A stretch of 64,000 bases of DNA. Source: Anaeromyxobacter sp. Its GTDB lineage: Bacteria; Myxococcota; Myxococcia; Myxococcales; Anaeromyxobacteraceae. Below, piece after piece: positions 10,726 through 22,701 of the stretch; positions within the stretch are counted from its first letter, which is position 1, and the number at the start of each line of letters is the position of its first letter. The position numbers were made by a program, and so were the translations under genes. The notes beneath the pieces are model-generated. The model made no database searches. It saw only the letters and a program-made list of their open reading frames with translations, and was not told the DNA's origin. The stretch is taken from NCBI GenBank assembly GCA_049840735.1, contig JASGJN010000017.1:32001-96000 (forward strand), in the 5' to 3' direction.

Positions 10726-12942
10726 CCGCCGGCCGGGGGCGGAGGCGCCGCGGGCGCCTGCGCGGCGGCCGCCGCCACCGGGTCGGCCCGCAGGCTGAAG
10801 CGGAAGGTGGTGCCGCGGCCGGGGCGGGAGCGGACCTTCACCTCGCCGCCGTGCGCCTCGACGATCTCCTTCACGATGGCGAGCCCGATCCCCAGCGCGC
10901 CGCCCTTGCGGCCGGACTGGTCGTCGCGCACCTGGTAGAGCCGATCGAAGATGTGGCCCAGGTGCTCGGGCGCGATGCCGGCGCCCTGGTCGCTCACCGC
11001 CACCTCGACCAGGCCGGGCGCGGGTCTCGGCGGCGGCCACGTGCACCGCGCCGTTCTCCGGGCTGTACCGCTCGGCGTTGGCGATCAGGTTGACCAGCAC
11101 CTGCTGCACGCGGTCGCGGTCGGCCCACACGCGCGGGGTGCCGCGGCGGACGCGGGCGCGGATGGTGAGGCCGCGCTCGGCGAAGCGCGGGGCCAGGGCC
11201 AGCACGGCCTGGCGCAGCACCTCGGCCACCTCCACCGCCTCGAAGGCGTAGGACTCGCGCGAGAGGGCGTGGCGCGACAGCTCCAGCAGCTCGTCGATGA
11301 AGGCCTTGAGCCGGCGGCCGCTCTGGGCCACCACCTGCAGCGCCGAGCGCTGGCGCGGGACCAGCTCGCCCAGCTTCTCGCCCAGCATGAGATCGGTGTA
11401 GCCGAGGATGGTGACCAGCGGCGTGCGCAGCTCGTGCGAGACGTTGGCGACGAAGTTGTCCTTCTGCTGGTGGGCGGCCTGCAGCTCGGTCACGGCGCGC
11501 GTCAGCTCCTGGGTGCGCCGGGCCACCTCGGTCTCCAGGCGGGCGCGCTCCTCGCGCAGGGCGCCGAAGAGGCGGGCCTTCTCCAGCGCGATGGAGGCCT
11601 GCAGCGCGAAGGCGTCGATGGCCTCGGGATCGCTCTTGCGGGCCTGCGGCGCGGCCACCGCCAGCACGCCCACCGGGCGCCCCTCGCGCCGCAGCGGCGC
11701 CAGGATCACCCGCCGCACCTTGAGCAGCCGGTAGAGCCGGCGCAGCTCGCGCTCGCCGGCCCCGCCCAGCAGCTCCTGCACCGCGCGGCGCGGCTCGTCG
11801 GTGTGGACGGTGCGCCGCTCGGTCAGGCAGCGCCGGACCAGCGGGGCCTCCAGCGGGTCGATCCGGACCGCGCCCAGCGGCCTCCCCAGCGCGCGGTCGA
11901 TGGCGGTGCGCAGGCCGGGGGCGAAGGAGAGGAAGCGCCAGGCCAGGCCGGAGGTGCCGTCCAGCGTGGGGCCCAGCACGCCGCAGTGGAAGCCGAGCCG
12001 CGCCAGCTCGCGCCCCAGCACGCCGTACATGGCGGTCTCGTCGGTCTCCACCATCAGGTGGGCGCCGGCCAGGTGGAGCGCGGCCAGCGTCTCCTTGGCC
12101 TGCCGCAGGTCGGCCAGCGCCTTGCGCTCGCGGGTGGTGTCGCGGGCGATGACGTGGAGCACCGGCCGGCCGTCCACCTCGATGTGCGAGGACGTGACCG
12201 CCACCGGCACCGGCCCGCCGCGCCGCCGCTTGAGCACGGCCTCGTCCTCGCGCACCACCGCGCCGCTGGAGAGGCGCGCCAGCAGGGTGGGCGGGTCGAG
12301 CAGCGGGTGCTCGATGAGCTTGCCCAGCGAGAGCCGGCGCAGCTCGGCCCGGGTCTGGCCGGTCACCTCCAGCACCTTCTGGTTGCCGTCGAGGATCCGG
12401 CCGGACTGCGCGTCCACCACCAGGATGGCCTCGCCCGCGCCCTCCTGCAGCGCGCGGTACATGGCGTTGCGGCCGGCAATCTCCTGCCGGAACCCCTCCG
12501 CCTCGAGCCGCGCCGCCGCCAGCCGGGCCACCGCGTCCAGGCCGCGCTCCGCCACGCCGCGCTGGCGACCGGAGAGGACCACCCGGAGCACGGTGATCTC
12601 CTCCGGCGCGAAGGTGAGGCGCAGGAAGGCCGACTGGAGGTGGGTGGCGCCCGGCTCGAGCCCCAGCCAGAGGAGATCCACCAGGTCCTGCTCGCAGGCC
12701 GAGGTGACGCGCGCCGGCCCGTTCTCCGCCAGCAGCGTCACGGCTGGGGCGTGTCCGGGTTCCGCCAGGAGCTTCTCGGTGACCCGGTTCCGGGCGGGGC
12801 CGGACAGGAGGGCCAGGCCGTCCACGGCCAGCGTCTCCGCCGTCACTTCGCCGGCGCGGCTCCGCACCACCAGCAGCTGCACCAGTGGGGAGGCCGTGAC
12901 CCGGGCCGCGTCGCGGGCGATCTCGCGGTGGATTCGAAGCAT
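10722..12942 (-). CDS. PAS-GAF sensor histidine kinase (apparent frameshift ~11030)
   Basis: H-box SHELRTPL, N-box [31 protein letters not shown]; start uncertain. Confidence 0.88.
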
Positions 12943-13121
12943 CTGGAGGGAGCACGAGCACGCCCCTAGCGAGGTCGCGCATCCACTCATGGATGGTCCC
13001 ATGCTCTGACGCTCGTTGACAAGCGAGTCAGCCGTTCCTTACAAGCCGGGCGGATCGTCGCGGTTCCAGGTCGGCTGCAGTCCCCAGCGGGGCACTGTCG
13101 GGACGCCCCAGGAGGCTTTCG

Positions 13122-13976
<855 letters not shown>

Positions 13977-13979
13977 GCC

Positions 13980-14759
13980 ATGACGCTCGAGAACATCCTC
14001 TGGAAGGTCGAGGACGGGGTCGGCGTCGCCACCTTCAACCGGCCCAAGGTCCTCAACGCGCTCGACGCGCGCACGGTGGACGAGCTCTCGGCGGTGGTGG
14101 CCGAGGTGGAGGCGGGCGCGGCGCGGGCCCTGGTGCTGACCGGCGGCGGCGAGAAGGCCTTCGTGGCGGGCGCGGACATCGCCGCCATGTCCACCATGAC
14201 CGCCACCGAGGCGCGCGCCTTCGCCGAGCGGATGCACCGCGTGCTGGACCGCATGGAGGCGCTGGCGGTGCCCACGCTGGCGGCGGTGAACGGCTTCGCG
14301 CTGGGCGGCGGGTGCGAGGTGGCGCTGGCCTGCGACCTGGTCTACGCCGGCGAGCGGGCGCGCTTCGGGCAGCCGGAGGTGAACCTGGGGCTGGTGCCGG
14401 GGTTCGGCGGCTCGCAGCGGCTGGCGCGCCGGGTCGGCAGCATGGCGGCCATGGAGCTGGTGCTGACCGGCGATCCCATCGACGCCGCGCGGGCGCGCGA
14501 GCTGGGGCTGGTGCTGGCGGTGCTGCCGCCGGAGCAGCTCCTGCCGCACGTGCTGGGGCAGGCCCGGAAGATCGCCTCCCGCGGGCCGGTGGCGGTGGCG
14601 CAGGCCAAGCGGCTGGTCAGGGTGGGGCTGGACGGGCCGCTCTCGACCGGCAACGAGCTGGAGCGGCAGGCGTTCTCGGCGGTGTTCGCCACCGAGGACG
14701 CGCGCGAGGGGATGCGGGCCTTCCTGGAGAAGCGGCCCGCGCAGTTCCAGGGACGCTAG
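13980..14759 (+). CDS. crt: enoyl-CoA hydratase (crotonase)
   Basis: AFVAGADI, GGGCE, FGQPEVNLG. Confidence 0.92.
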   Translation: MTLENILWKVEDGVGVATFNRPKVLNALDARTVDELSAVVAEVEAGAARALVLTGGGEKAFVAGADIAAMSTMTATEARAFAERMHRVLDRMEALAVPTLAAVNGFALGGGCEVALACDLVYAGERARFGQPEVNLGLVPGFGGSQRLARRVGSMAAMELVLTGDPIDAARARELGLVLAVLPPEQLLPHVLGQARKIASRGPVAVAQAKRLVRVGLDGPLSTGNELERQAFSAVFATEDAREGMRAFLEKRPAQFQGR

Positions 14760-14783
14760 ACACTTCACCAAGCGAGGATCGAC

Positions 14784-15926
<1,143 letters not shown>

Positions 15927-15936
15927 ATCCGGCGCC

Positions 15937-17088
15937 GTGGACTTCGACCTGAGCGAAACCCAGCGGGCGGTCCAGGAGACCGCCCGCGCGTACGCCCGCG
16001 AGCGGATCGCCCCGGCCGCGGCCGCCAACGATCAGGCCGGCCGCTTCCCGGTCGAGCTCGTCCGCGGGCTGGGCGAGCTGGGACTGCTGGCCGTCAACGT
16101 GCCGGCCGAGCACGGCGGCTCCGAGGCCGGCGCGGTGGCCTACGCGCTCGCGCTGATGGAGATCGCCGCCGCGGACCCGGCGGTGTCCACCACCATGGCC
16201 GTCACCAACATGGTGGCGGAGACCATCGCGCGCTGGGGCACCGAGGCGCAGCGCGCCCGCCACCTGCCGAAGCTGGCCAGCGCGGAGCACCTGGCCGGCG
16301 CGTTCGGCCTCTCCGAGCCGCAGTCAGGCAGCGACGCGGCCAGCATGACCACCCGGGCCACGCGGCGCGGCGACGGCTGGGTGCTGGACGGCGCCAAGCA
16401 GTGGATCACCTCCGGCGACGTGGCCGGGGTGATGGTGGTCTGGGCCAAGACCGACCCGGCCGCCGGCCACAAGGGCGTCACCGCCTTCCTGGTCGAGGCC
16501 GGGACGCCGGGGCTGGAGGTGGGGCGGCACGAGGACAAGCTGGGGCTGCGCGCCAGCTCCACCGTCTCGCTCACGTTCGACGGCTGCGCGGTTCCCGACG
16601 AGGCGCGGCTGGGCGGCGTGGGGGAGGGGTTCCGGATCGCCCTCTCGGCCCTGGACGGCGGCCGCATCGGGATCTCCGCCCAGGCCGCCGGGACCATGAC
16701 GGCCGCGCTGGAGGCCAGCGTCCGGTACGCGAAGGACCGGCGCAGCTTCGGCGTGCCCATCGCCGACCACCAGGCCATCCAGTTCATGCTGGCCGACATG
16801 GCCACCGCGCGCGACACCGCCAGGCTGCTCTGCCTGCGGGCGGCCAGCCTCAAGGAGGCCGGGCGGCCGTTCACCCGCGAGGCCGCCATGGCCAAGGTCT
16901 GGGCCTCCGAGGCGTCGCAGAAGGTGGTCAGCCAGGCCGTGCAGATCCACGGCGGCTACGGCTACACCGACGACTTCCCGGTGGCGAAGCTGTTCCGCGA
17001 CGCGCGGGTGCAGACCATCTACGAGGGGACCAGCGAGATCCAGCGGCTGGTGATCGCGCGGGAGCTGCTGAAGGGCGCCCAGTCGTAG
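15937..17088 (+). CDS. acyl-CoA dehydrogenase, tandem paralogue
   Basis: FGLSEPQSGSD, QIHGGYGY, IYEGTSEIQR. Confidence 0.95.
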   Translation: MDFDLSETQRAVQETARAYARERIAPAAAANDQAGRFPVELVRGLGELGLLAVNVPAEHGGSEAGAVAYALALMEIAAADPAVSTTMAVTNMVAETIARWGTEAQRARHLPKLASAEHLAGAFGLSEPQSGSDAASMTTRATRRGDGWVLDGAKQWITSGDVAGVMVVWAKTDPAAGHKGVTAFLVEAGTPGLEVGRHEDKLGLRASSTVSLTFDGCAVPDEARLGGVGEGFRIALSALDGGRIGISAQAAGTMTAALEASVRYAKDRRSFGVPIADHQAIQFMLADMATARDTARLLCLRAASLKEAGRPFTREAAMAKVWASEASQKVVSQAVQIHGGYGYTDDFPVAKLFRDARVQTIYEGTSEIQRLVIARELLKGAQS

Positions 17089-17153
17089 CCTGAAGCGCAG
17101 CGAGCCGGCCGGGCGTACCCGGACCGGCTCGCTGGCGAGGCGCGCGCGCTGGC

Positions 17154-17816
17154 TCAGCCCGCGGCCTTGACCTCGTCGTCGGTGGTGATGAGGTGGCCGG
17201 TCTGCTCGCGCTTCACCTTGAGATAGTTCACGTTGTGCGGGTTGGTGGGGGAGGGCAGCGGGATCCGGCCGCGGATGGTGATGCCGGCGTCCACCAGCCC
17301 CGAGACCTTCAGCGGGTTGTTGGTGATGAGCTCCACCGAGCGGACGCCCAGGAGGCGCAGCATCTCGGCGGCGACGTCGTAGCGGCGCAGGTCGTCCGGG
17401 AACCCCAGCAGCCGGTTGGCCTCGTAGGTGTCGTGGCCCTGGGCCTGGAGCGCGTAGGCGCGGATCTTGTTGCCGAGGCCGATGCCGCGGCCTTCCTGGC
17501 GCAGGTAGAGGACGACGCCGCGCCCCTGGGCGGCGACGTGATCCAGCGCGCGGTCGAGCTGCGCGCGGCAGTCGCACTTGAGCGAGCCCAGCACCTCGCT
17601 GGTGAGGCACTCGGAGTGGACGCGGACGTGTACGCCTTCACCGGACACGTCGCCCTTCACCATGGCCACGTGCTCGGCGCCGGTGCGCCGGTCCTTGAAG
17701 ACGATGGCGCGGAACTCGCCGCGCTCGGTGGGGAGCGGGGCCTCGGCGTACAGCTCGACGTTGCCGCGTGCCTCGGCGCTCTCGCCAGGGCCAGGGACAG
17801 CTCTCAGGTTGCGCAT
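17154..17816 (-). CDS. ribA: GTP cyclohydrolase II
   Basis: RVHSECLT..SLKCDC, QEGRGIGL.NK, TNNP. Confidence 0.95.
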   Translation of the reverse strand: MRNLRAVPGPGESAEARGNVELYAEAPLPTERGEFRAIVFKDRRTGAEHVAMVKGDVSGEGVHVRVHSECLTSEVLGSLKCDCRAQLDRALDHVAAQGRGVVLYLRQEGRGIGLGNKIRAYALQAQGHDTYEANRLLGFPDDLRRYDVAAEMLRLLGVRSVELITNNPLKVSGLVDAGITIRGRIPLPSPTNPHNVNYLKVKREQTGHLITTDDEVKAAG

Positions 17817-17867
17817 GCCGCGATGCTCCTCGCCGTCTCGTCGCTTGGCTCTTCGATGTGTGCGCAG

Positions 17868-17970
17868 GAGAACTAATGAGCCCCACTGACCGGGGTCAAG
17901 GCCATCGCGGGTTGAAGGGGGACCTGCGCGCGAGTGCGCGTTGACACCGCAGTTTCCGGCGGTTAGGTGA
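17868..17970. promoter_or_regulatory. divergent ribA/merR promoters with dyads in the -35/-10 spacers
   Basis: Minus strand: TTGACC at 17899-17894 with a CCCC-N7-GGGG dyad; plus strand: TTGACA at 17941 with an ACCGC-N8-GCGGT dyad. Confidence 0.45.
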
Positions 17971-17977
17971 CGGGCGG

Positions 17978-18577
17978 ATGCGCGCCGACCTTTCCTCAGG
18001 AGATCTCGCCCGGGCCACCGGCAGCACGGTCCGGACGATCCGTTTCTACGAGGAGGAAGGGCTGCTGAAGCCGGCCGTGGTGAGCGACGGCGGGCACCGG
18101 CGCTACACCGAGGACGACCTCGAGCGGCTGCGCCTCATCACCGATCTGCGCGAGCTGGGCCTGTCGCTCTGCGAGATCCGGTCGATCCTCGAGCTGCGCA
18201 GCGGCTGCCGCACGGCCGCCGAGTTCGCCATCCGGATCCAGCAGGTGCTGGGCGGCCACCTGGAGCAGGCGCAGCGACGGCTGGAGTGCCTGCGCCGGAT
18301 GAAGCGCGAGATGGTCGACGCGCTCGAGGCCATCCAGGACCGGCTCTCGTCGCAGGGCACCGAGCAGTGCCCGTGCGCGGTGGCCGAGGCCGACGGCGTG
18401 CCGCGCATCGTCCGCGTGCTGGCGCGGCAGCAGGGCTGCACCTGCGAGGCCCGGCACGAGCACGCTGGGCACGAGCACGCGCATCAGCCGGAGGCGGGCG
18501 GCGCGCAGCTGCTGGCCGACGACGGCATGGGCAGCGCCGCGGAAGCGCGTGACGCCCGGCGCGTGCACCGGCTCTAG
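17978..18577 (+). CDS. MerR-family transcriptional regulator
   Basis: GDLARATGSTVRTIRFYEEEGLL..GHRRY; Cys/His-rich C-terminus. Confidence 0.9.
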   Translation: MRADLSSGDLARATGSTVRTIRFYEEEGLLKPAVVSDGGHRRYTEDDLERLRLITDLRELGLSLCEIRSILELRSGCRTAAEFAIRIQQVLGGHLEQAQRRLECLRRMKREMVDALEAIQDRLSSQGTEQCPCAVAEADGVPRIVRVLARQQGCTCEARHEHAGHEHAHQPEAGGAQLLADDGMGSAAEARDARRVHRL

Positions 18578-18703
18578 CGCCGGGCCGGGGCGGGTGGTTC
18601 GCCGTCGCCCGTAATCCCAACACGAGCGGAGCCGCGTCGGAGCGAAAAGCCCGAAAGCGCTGGGCCGCAGGGGATCCAGCCCCTCCGGCCCGTTCGCGCG
18701 CCT

Positions 18704-18731
18704 AGTTACCATAATCCATATTATCGGACGT
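18704..18731 (-). other. dif site (XerCD chromosome dimer resolution)
   Basis: Minus strand ACGTCCGATAA-TATGGA-TTATGGTAACT: 11-6-11 layout with ATAA-N6-TTAT core, AT-rich island in GC-rich DNA; KOPS-like octamers switch strand around it. Confidence 0.88.
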
Positions 18732-19397
18732 ACTGGGTGGGCGAGGGGAACGGGCTGGATCCGGGCCCGGATGCGGCTGGAAGCCGCCGGAATCGGGCCC
18801 CGGCCTCTATCCCGGTGGCCCCGTTACGCCTTCGGCTCGCCTTCCATCCCCGCGCGGCCTGAGCCTGTCGAAGGCCGCGGTCCCGATCGCCGTTAGGCTC
18901 CCGACCATGAGCGCCCCACACGTCCATCCCGTCCCCGTCCCGCTCGACGGACGCGCCGCGCGCGCGCTCGACCGCCTCGACTTCTCCGACGCCTACGCCG
19001 TCGAGCTGCCGCCCGGCGCCGACGCCGCCTCGGCGCCGCCCTGGGTCCTTGCGCCCATGGCCGTCCGCCACCTGGTGGTCGCGCCGCTCGGCCTCATCGC
19101 CAGCCCCGGCGCGCTCAGTCGCGCCGCCGTGGCCCAGAACCGGACCGGCGATCGCGTCGGAGCCTTCCCCGCCCAGGCGTGCGCGCGGCGAACTGCTGCT
19201 CGGCCTCGACGATCGGCGCCTCGACTTGCGATGCCGGCCAGTTCGGCGTGGTCACGATGCTGGTGCAGCTCAACGGCCCGCTCGGCCGGGCCTACTTCGG
19301 CGTGGTGAAGCTTCTCCACCGGATCATCGTCCGGGCCATGCTCCGGCGCGCCGCCCGTGGGGTGGACCGGCCCAGGTGATATCGATATCGACGGGGT
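18724..19397 (+). repeat. copy 1 of a diverged ~0.7-kb direct repeat starting in the XerC arm of dif
   Basis: Shares TCGGACGTAC.GGGTGGGCGAGGGGAA, CCCCGCGCGGCCTGAGCCTGTCGAAGGCCG and terminal AGGTGATATCGAT with 25603-26320. Confidence 0.88.
18907..19379 (+). pseudogene. degenerate DUF2867-like gene
   Basis: Paralogue of 25775-26302 with multi-codon deletions (SALAAAVF and RVSVRVV segments missing) and a frameshift. Confidence 0.8.
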
Positions 19398-19696
19398 CCG
19401 GGAGGGCGCGCCGAGCCTCGCCGCTCACGGGCAAGGCGATCTTGATTCGGGAGGATGTTGTCACGGGCCTCCGGGGTCGCGGGACAGGGAGCGCCGGTCG
19501 AGCGCGGTCCGCCACGCCGCGCTCACGGGGACCGCTCCCCTTCCGCAAGGGATGTTGAGCGGGGAGGGGACCCAGCTCCCCTGCCCTTCCCTTCCTCCTG
19601 GGCGGCACATCGGGACGCGCCAGTGCGCGCTCCACCTGTCCACCGACAACGATCAGGAGCGCCTGTTCGGTGTATGAACAGGGGTAAGGGGGAACC

Positions 19697-20360
19697 ATGT
19701 TTCGAGTGAAGTTGCTGGCCCTGGTCGTCGTTGGCGTCATGTCACCGGGCGCGATGGTGCGAGCGCAGGGCAAGCCGACCGAGCAGGTCGAGGAGATCCG
19801 GAGGAGTACCTGGATCGAGACCATCCCGGTCGCTCTACCCGCCGGCGTGCCGCTGGCTGGTGTCGTGGGAACGGACGCCGATGGTTATCCGACCCAGTTC
19901 GTGGATCGGCCGGCGCTGAGGAGTCTGCTGCGCAATCGACAGTTCGCGGAGCTCACGGCCGCGTTCGAGTACTTCCAGGCCGAGTTCGAGCGTGACCCGC
20001 ACCGCGAGGTCTGGATGAGCGATGCGACCACGACGGTCGGCATGCCGCATCCGGTGGAGCTCGGGCTGATCGAGGAGTGGATCAAGACGACGCCTCGATC
20101 ATTCGCTCCCTATCTGGCCCGCGCTCGCTACGGTTTCGAGCTTGGATTCCTCTACCGCGGAGACCGGTTGGCCAAGGACACCTCCGCAGCCGAGTTCGCT
20201 GCTATGAAGCGGTCGTTCGCAAATGCGGAGCGTGACGCAAGGAAGGCGCTCGAGCTCAGGCCGCGACTCATCGAGGTCCGGAGCTTCATGATGAAGGCAG
20301 CCATCGCGCGCGGCGATCGGGCTGATGCAACCAGGTGGGTGGCTGAGGGCCTGCGCCAAT
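19697..20360 (+). pseudogene. DUF4034-like/TPR exported protein, 5' part, interrupted by transposon
   Basis: Signal peptide; W..TPRSFAPYLARA..GFLYRG; rejoins in frame with 24053 (LRQ-CPTCYEIR). Confidence 0.8.
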
Positions 20361-20540
20361 TGTTAGCGCGCGAGCCTGTTGAGGGTCGGAGGCCGGATTT
20401 CGCGCAGGCTGGCTGACGGGCGGGCCGGCAGCGCCATGTAGGTGCCCGCCGCCCAGCCTGCAAACTGGCGGTCACTCACGGTGATGGTAGTCGGTTTAGG
20501 TGGAGGCGGGGCGCTGGCGCGTCGCTGACCACAAATAGGT

Positions 20541-20572
20541 GACGGGGGCGTGCCGCAAACACGCACCCCGTC
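20541..20572. promoter_or_regulatory. strong hairpin in the transposon left end
   Basis: GACGGGGGCGTG-ccgcaaa-CACGCACCCCGTC just upstream of ORF1. Confidence 0.5.
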
Positions 20573-20586
20573 GTGCCCTGACTTAC

Positions 20587-21213
20587 TTGCTTGGAGGAAG
20601 CCAGAGCAGTTCTCGAATCGTCTACTTCCGCATCGACGTCAAGTCCTGGGCGGCCAAGCTCCCCACCGTGGACGAGGCGCGTCCGGGTCTCTGCACCGGC
20701 TGCGGCGCTGGTAGCCGGCCGGCCGGTGGTCGCCTGGTGCTGCACGGCCACGGGGTCCGGCGCCGGGATCAGTGGGGCCCGCCCGACGCGACCGCGCCGC
20801 CCCAGGTCACCGAGGTGATCGCCCGCCGGTATGCCTGCCAGGTCTGCGGAGCGGTGCTCCTGGTCGTGCCCAGCGGCGTCCAGCGGCGCCGGCTCTACTC
20901 GGCGCCGGCGGTCGCGCTGGCGCTCGCGGTCTGGAGCCTGGAGCAGCAGACGCCGGCCGCGGTCCGGGCCCGCGTCAGCCCTTGGCGGATCGTCGGGGCG
21001 GCGGCGGCGACACGCTGGACCTCGCTGCGGCGCTGGGCCAAGGCCATCCGCGCCGGGCAGCTCTTCCCGGAAGTCCGCGCCGCGCCGGATGGAGCCTGCC
21101 TCCGCGCCATAGCCGCCCGCGCCGCGACCACGCTGGCGGCCCTGGCCCCGTCGGTTGCTGACGGCCTCCCGCTCGCGACACGAGCCTTCCTCGGAGCCGC
21201 GCATGTGAGCTGA
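20587..21213 (+). CDS. transposon ORF1, Zn-finger protein (DUF6431-like)
   Basis: CTGC..HGHG..RRYACQVC..RRLYS, late W.SLRRW; start uncertain (TTG 20587 or GTG 20539). Confidence 0.7.
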   Translation: MLGGSQSSSRIVYFRIDVKSWAAKLPTVDEARPGLCTGCGAGSRPAGGRLVLHGHGVRRRDQWGPPDATAPPQVTEVIARRYACQVCGAVLLVVPSGVQRRRLYSAPAVALALAVWSLEQQTPAAVRARVSPWRIVGAAAATRWTSLRRWAKAIRAGQLFPEVRAAPDGACLRAIAARAATTLAALAPSVADGLPLATRAFLGAAHVS

Positions 21214-21342
21214 GGGCCATCGCCGCGACGGCGCTGGGGATCTCGCGCCCACCATCCGCGATCCCTGCCCCCGTCGGCGGCCACGTGGGAGGGCTCACGC
21301 TCGGCGGGCGCGGTGATCAGCGGCCGGCCGAGGAGGAGCCCG

Positions 21343-22701
21343 ATGACGAAGTCGTCCCCGAAGTCGCCCAAGCTCGCGCCGAGGGACCACGCAGAGGCGG
21401 TGGCCAGGTTCCGGGCGGAGCTGGTTGGCGCGCTCACCCGCCGCGATCTCGACCACGGACAGCTGCGCGCAGTGCTGAGGGCGCTATCCGCCGAGCGCTT
21501 CCGGCCGCCGGGGGCCGAGGTCACGAAGACGATCTCGTTCACCACGCTGGAGCGGTGGTTCTACGCCTACAAGCGCGGCGGCCTGGACGCCCTGCGCCCG
21601 GCGCCTCGAGGGGATCGCGGCCACGGCCGCGAGCTCTCGCCCGACCAGCGGACCCTGCTTCTCGACATCCGGCGCGAACACCCGTCCGCCTCCGTTCCCC
21701 TGATCCTGCGCACCCTGGTGGCCGACGGGCGCCTGCAGCGGGACGCCGTGTCGGAGTCCACCATCCGCCGCCTCTACCAGGCCAACGGCCTCGACCGCGT
21801 GCCACTGCGCGACGGCGCCGGCGAGCGGGTCCGGCTCCGCTGGCAGGCGGCCGAGCCGGGCGCGCTCTGGCACGCCGACGTCTGCCACGGCCCGGCGCTG
21901 ACCATCGGCGGCCAGTCCCGGCCGCTGCGGATCCACGCGCTCTTGGACGACGCCAGCCGGTACATCCTGGCCATCGAGGCCCGCCACACCGAGCGCGAGG
22001 CCGACATGCTGCAGCTGCTGGTGAAGGCCCTGCGCCGGCACGGTGCGCCCGACGTCCTCTACCTCGACAACGGCTCCACCTACACCGGCGAGGTGCTGCG
22101 GACGGCGTGCCCGCGGCTCGGGATCGCTCTCGTCCACGCCCAGCCGTACGACGCGCCCGCCCGCGGGAAGATGGAGCGGTTCTGGCGCACGCTGCGGGAG
22201 GGCTGTCTCGACCACCTGCCGCCCATGGCCTCGCTCCACGACGTCGAGGTGCGGCTCCTCGCGTTCGTGGACCGCCACTACCACGTGGCCCCGCACGCCT
22301 CGTTGATGGGACGGTCGCCGGGGACGGTCTACGCCGCCCGGACCCGCCTCGCGGACACCCTCGACGAAGCCAAGCTGCGGGAGGCGCTGACGGTGCGTGA
22401 ACGCCGCCGGGTCCGCCGCGACACCACCGTCTCAGTGATGGGCAAGGACTGGGAGCTCGACCAGGGCTTCCTCACCGGCCGCGTGGTGACGCTCGCCTAC
22501 TCGCTCCTCGACGGCGCGCCCTGGATCGAGCACGAGGGCCGGCGCCTCGATCTCCACCCCGTGGATCCGGTCGCCAACGCGCGCCGCAAACGCCTGCCCC
22601 GCAGGCCTGGCGAGGCTCCGACCACCACCACCGACTTCGACCCCACCCAGACGCTGCTCGACGCGGCCACCGGCCGCCGTCGCAAGGATGACGACCGATG
22701 A
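21343..22701 (+). CDS. DDE integrase/transposase (HTH + rve + Mu-transposase C-terminal-like domain)
   Basis: GAGGAG RBS; LWHAD, YLDNGS and GKMERFWRT supply the D-D-E triad; RRVRRDTTVS C-terminal region. Confidence 0.93.
   Translation: MTKSSPKSPKLAPRDHAEAVARFRAELVGALTRRDLDHGQLRAVLRALSAERFRPPGAEVTKTISFTTLERWFYAYKRGGLDALRPAPRGDRGHGRELSPDQRTLLLDIRREHPSASVPLILRTLVADGRLQRDAVSESTIRRLYQANGLDRVPLRDGAGERVRLRWQAAEPGALWHADVCHGPALTIGGQSRPLRIHALLDDASRYILAIEARHTEREADMLQLLVKALRRHGAPDVLYLDNGSTYTGEVLRTACPRLGIALVHAQPYDAPARGKMERFWRTLREGCLDHLPPMASLHDVEVRLLAFVDRHYHVAPHASLMGRSPGTVYAARTRLADTLDEAKLREALTVRERRRVRRDTTVSVMGKDWELDQGFLTGRVVTLAYSLLDGAPWIEHEGRRLDLHPVDPVANARRKRLPRRPGEAPTTTTDFDPTQTLLDAATGRRRKDDDR

Noticed and set aside
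19398..19690. ORFs or structured RNA after repeat copy 1
   Set aside because: No coherent coding signal or convincing structure by eye
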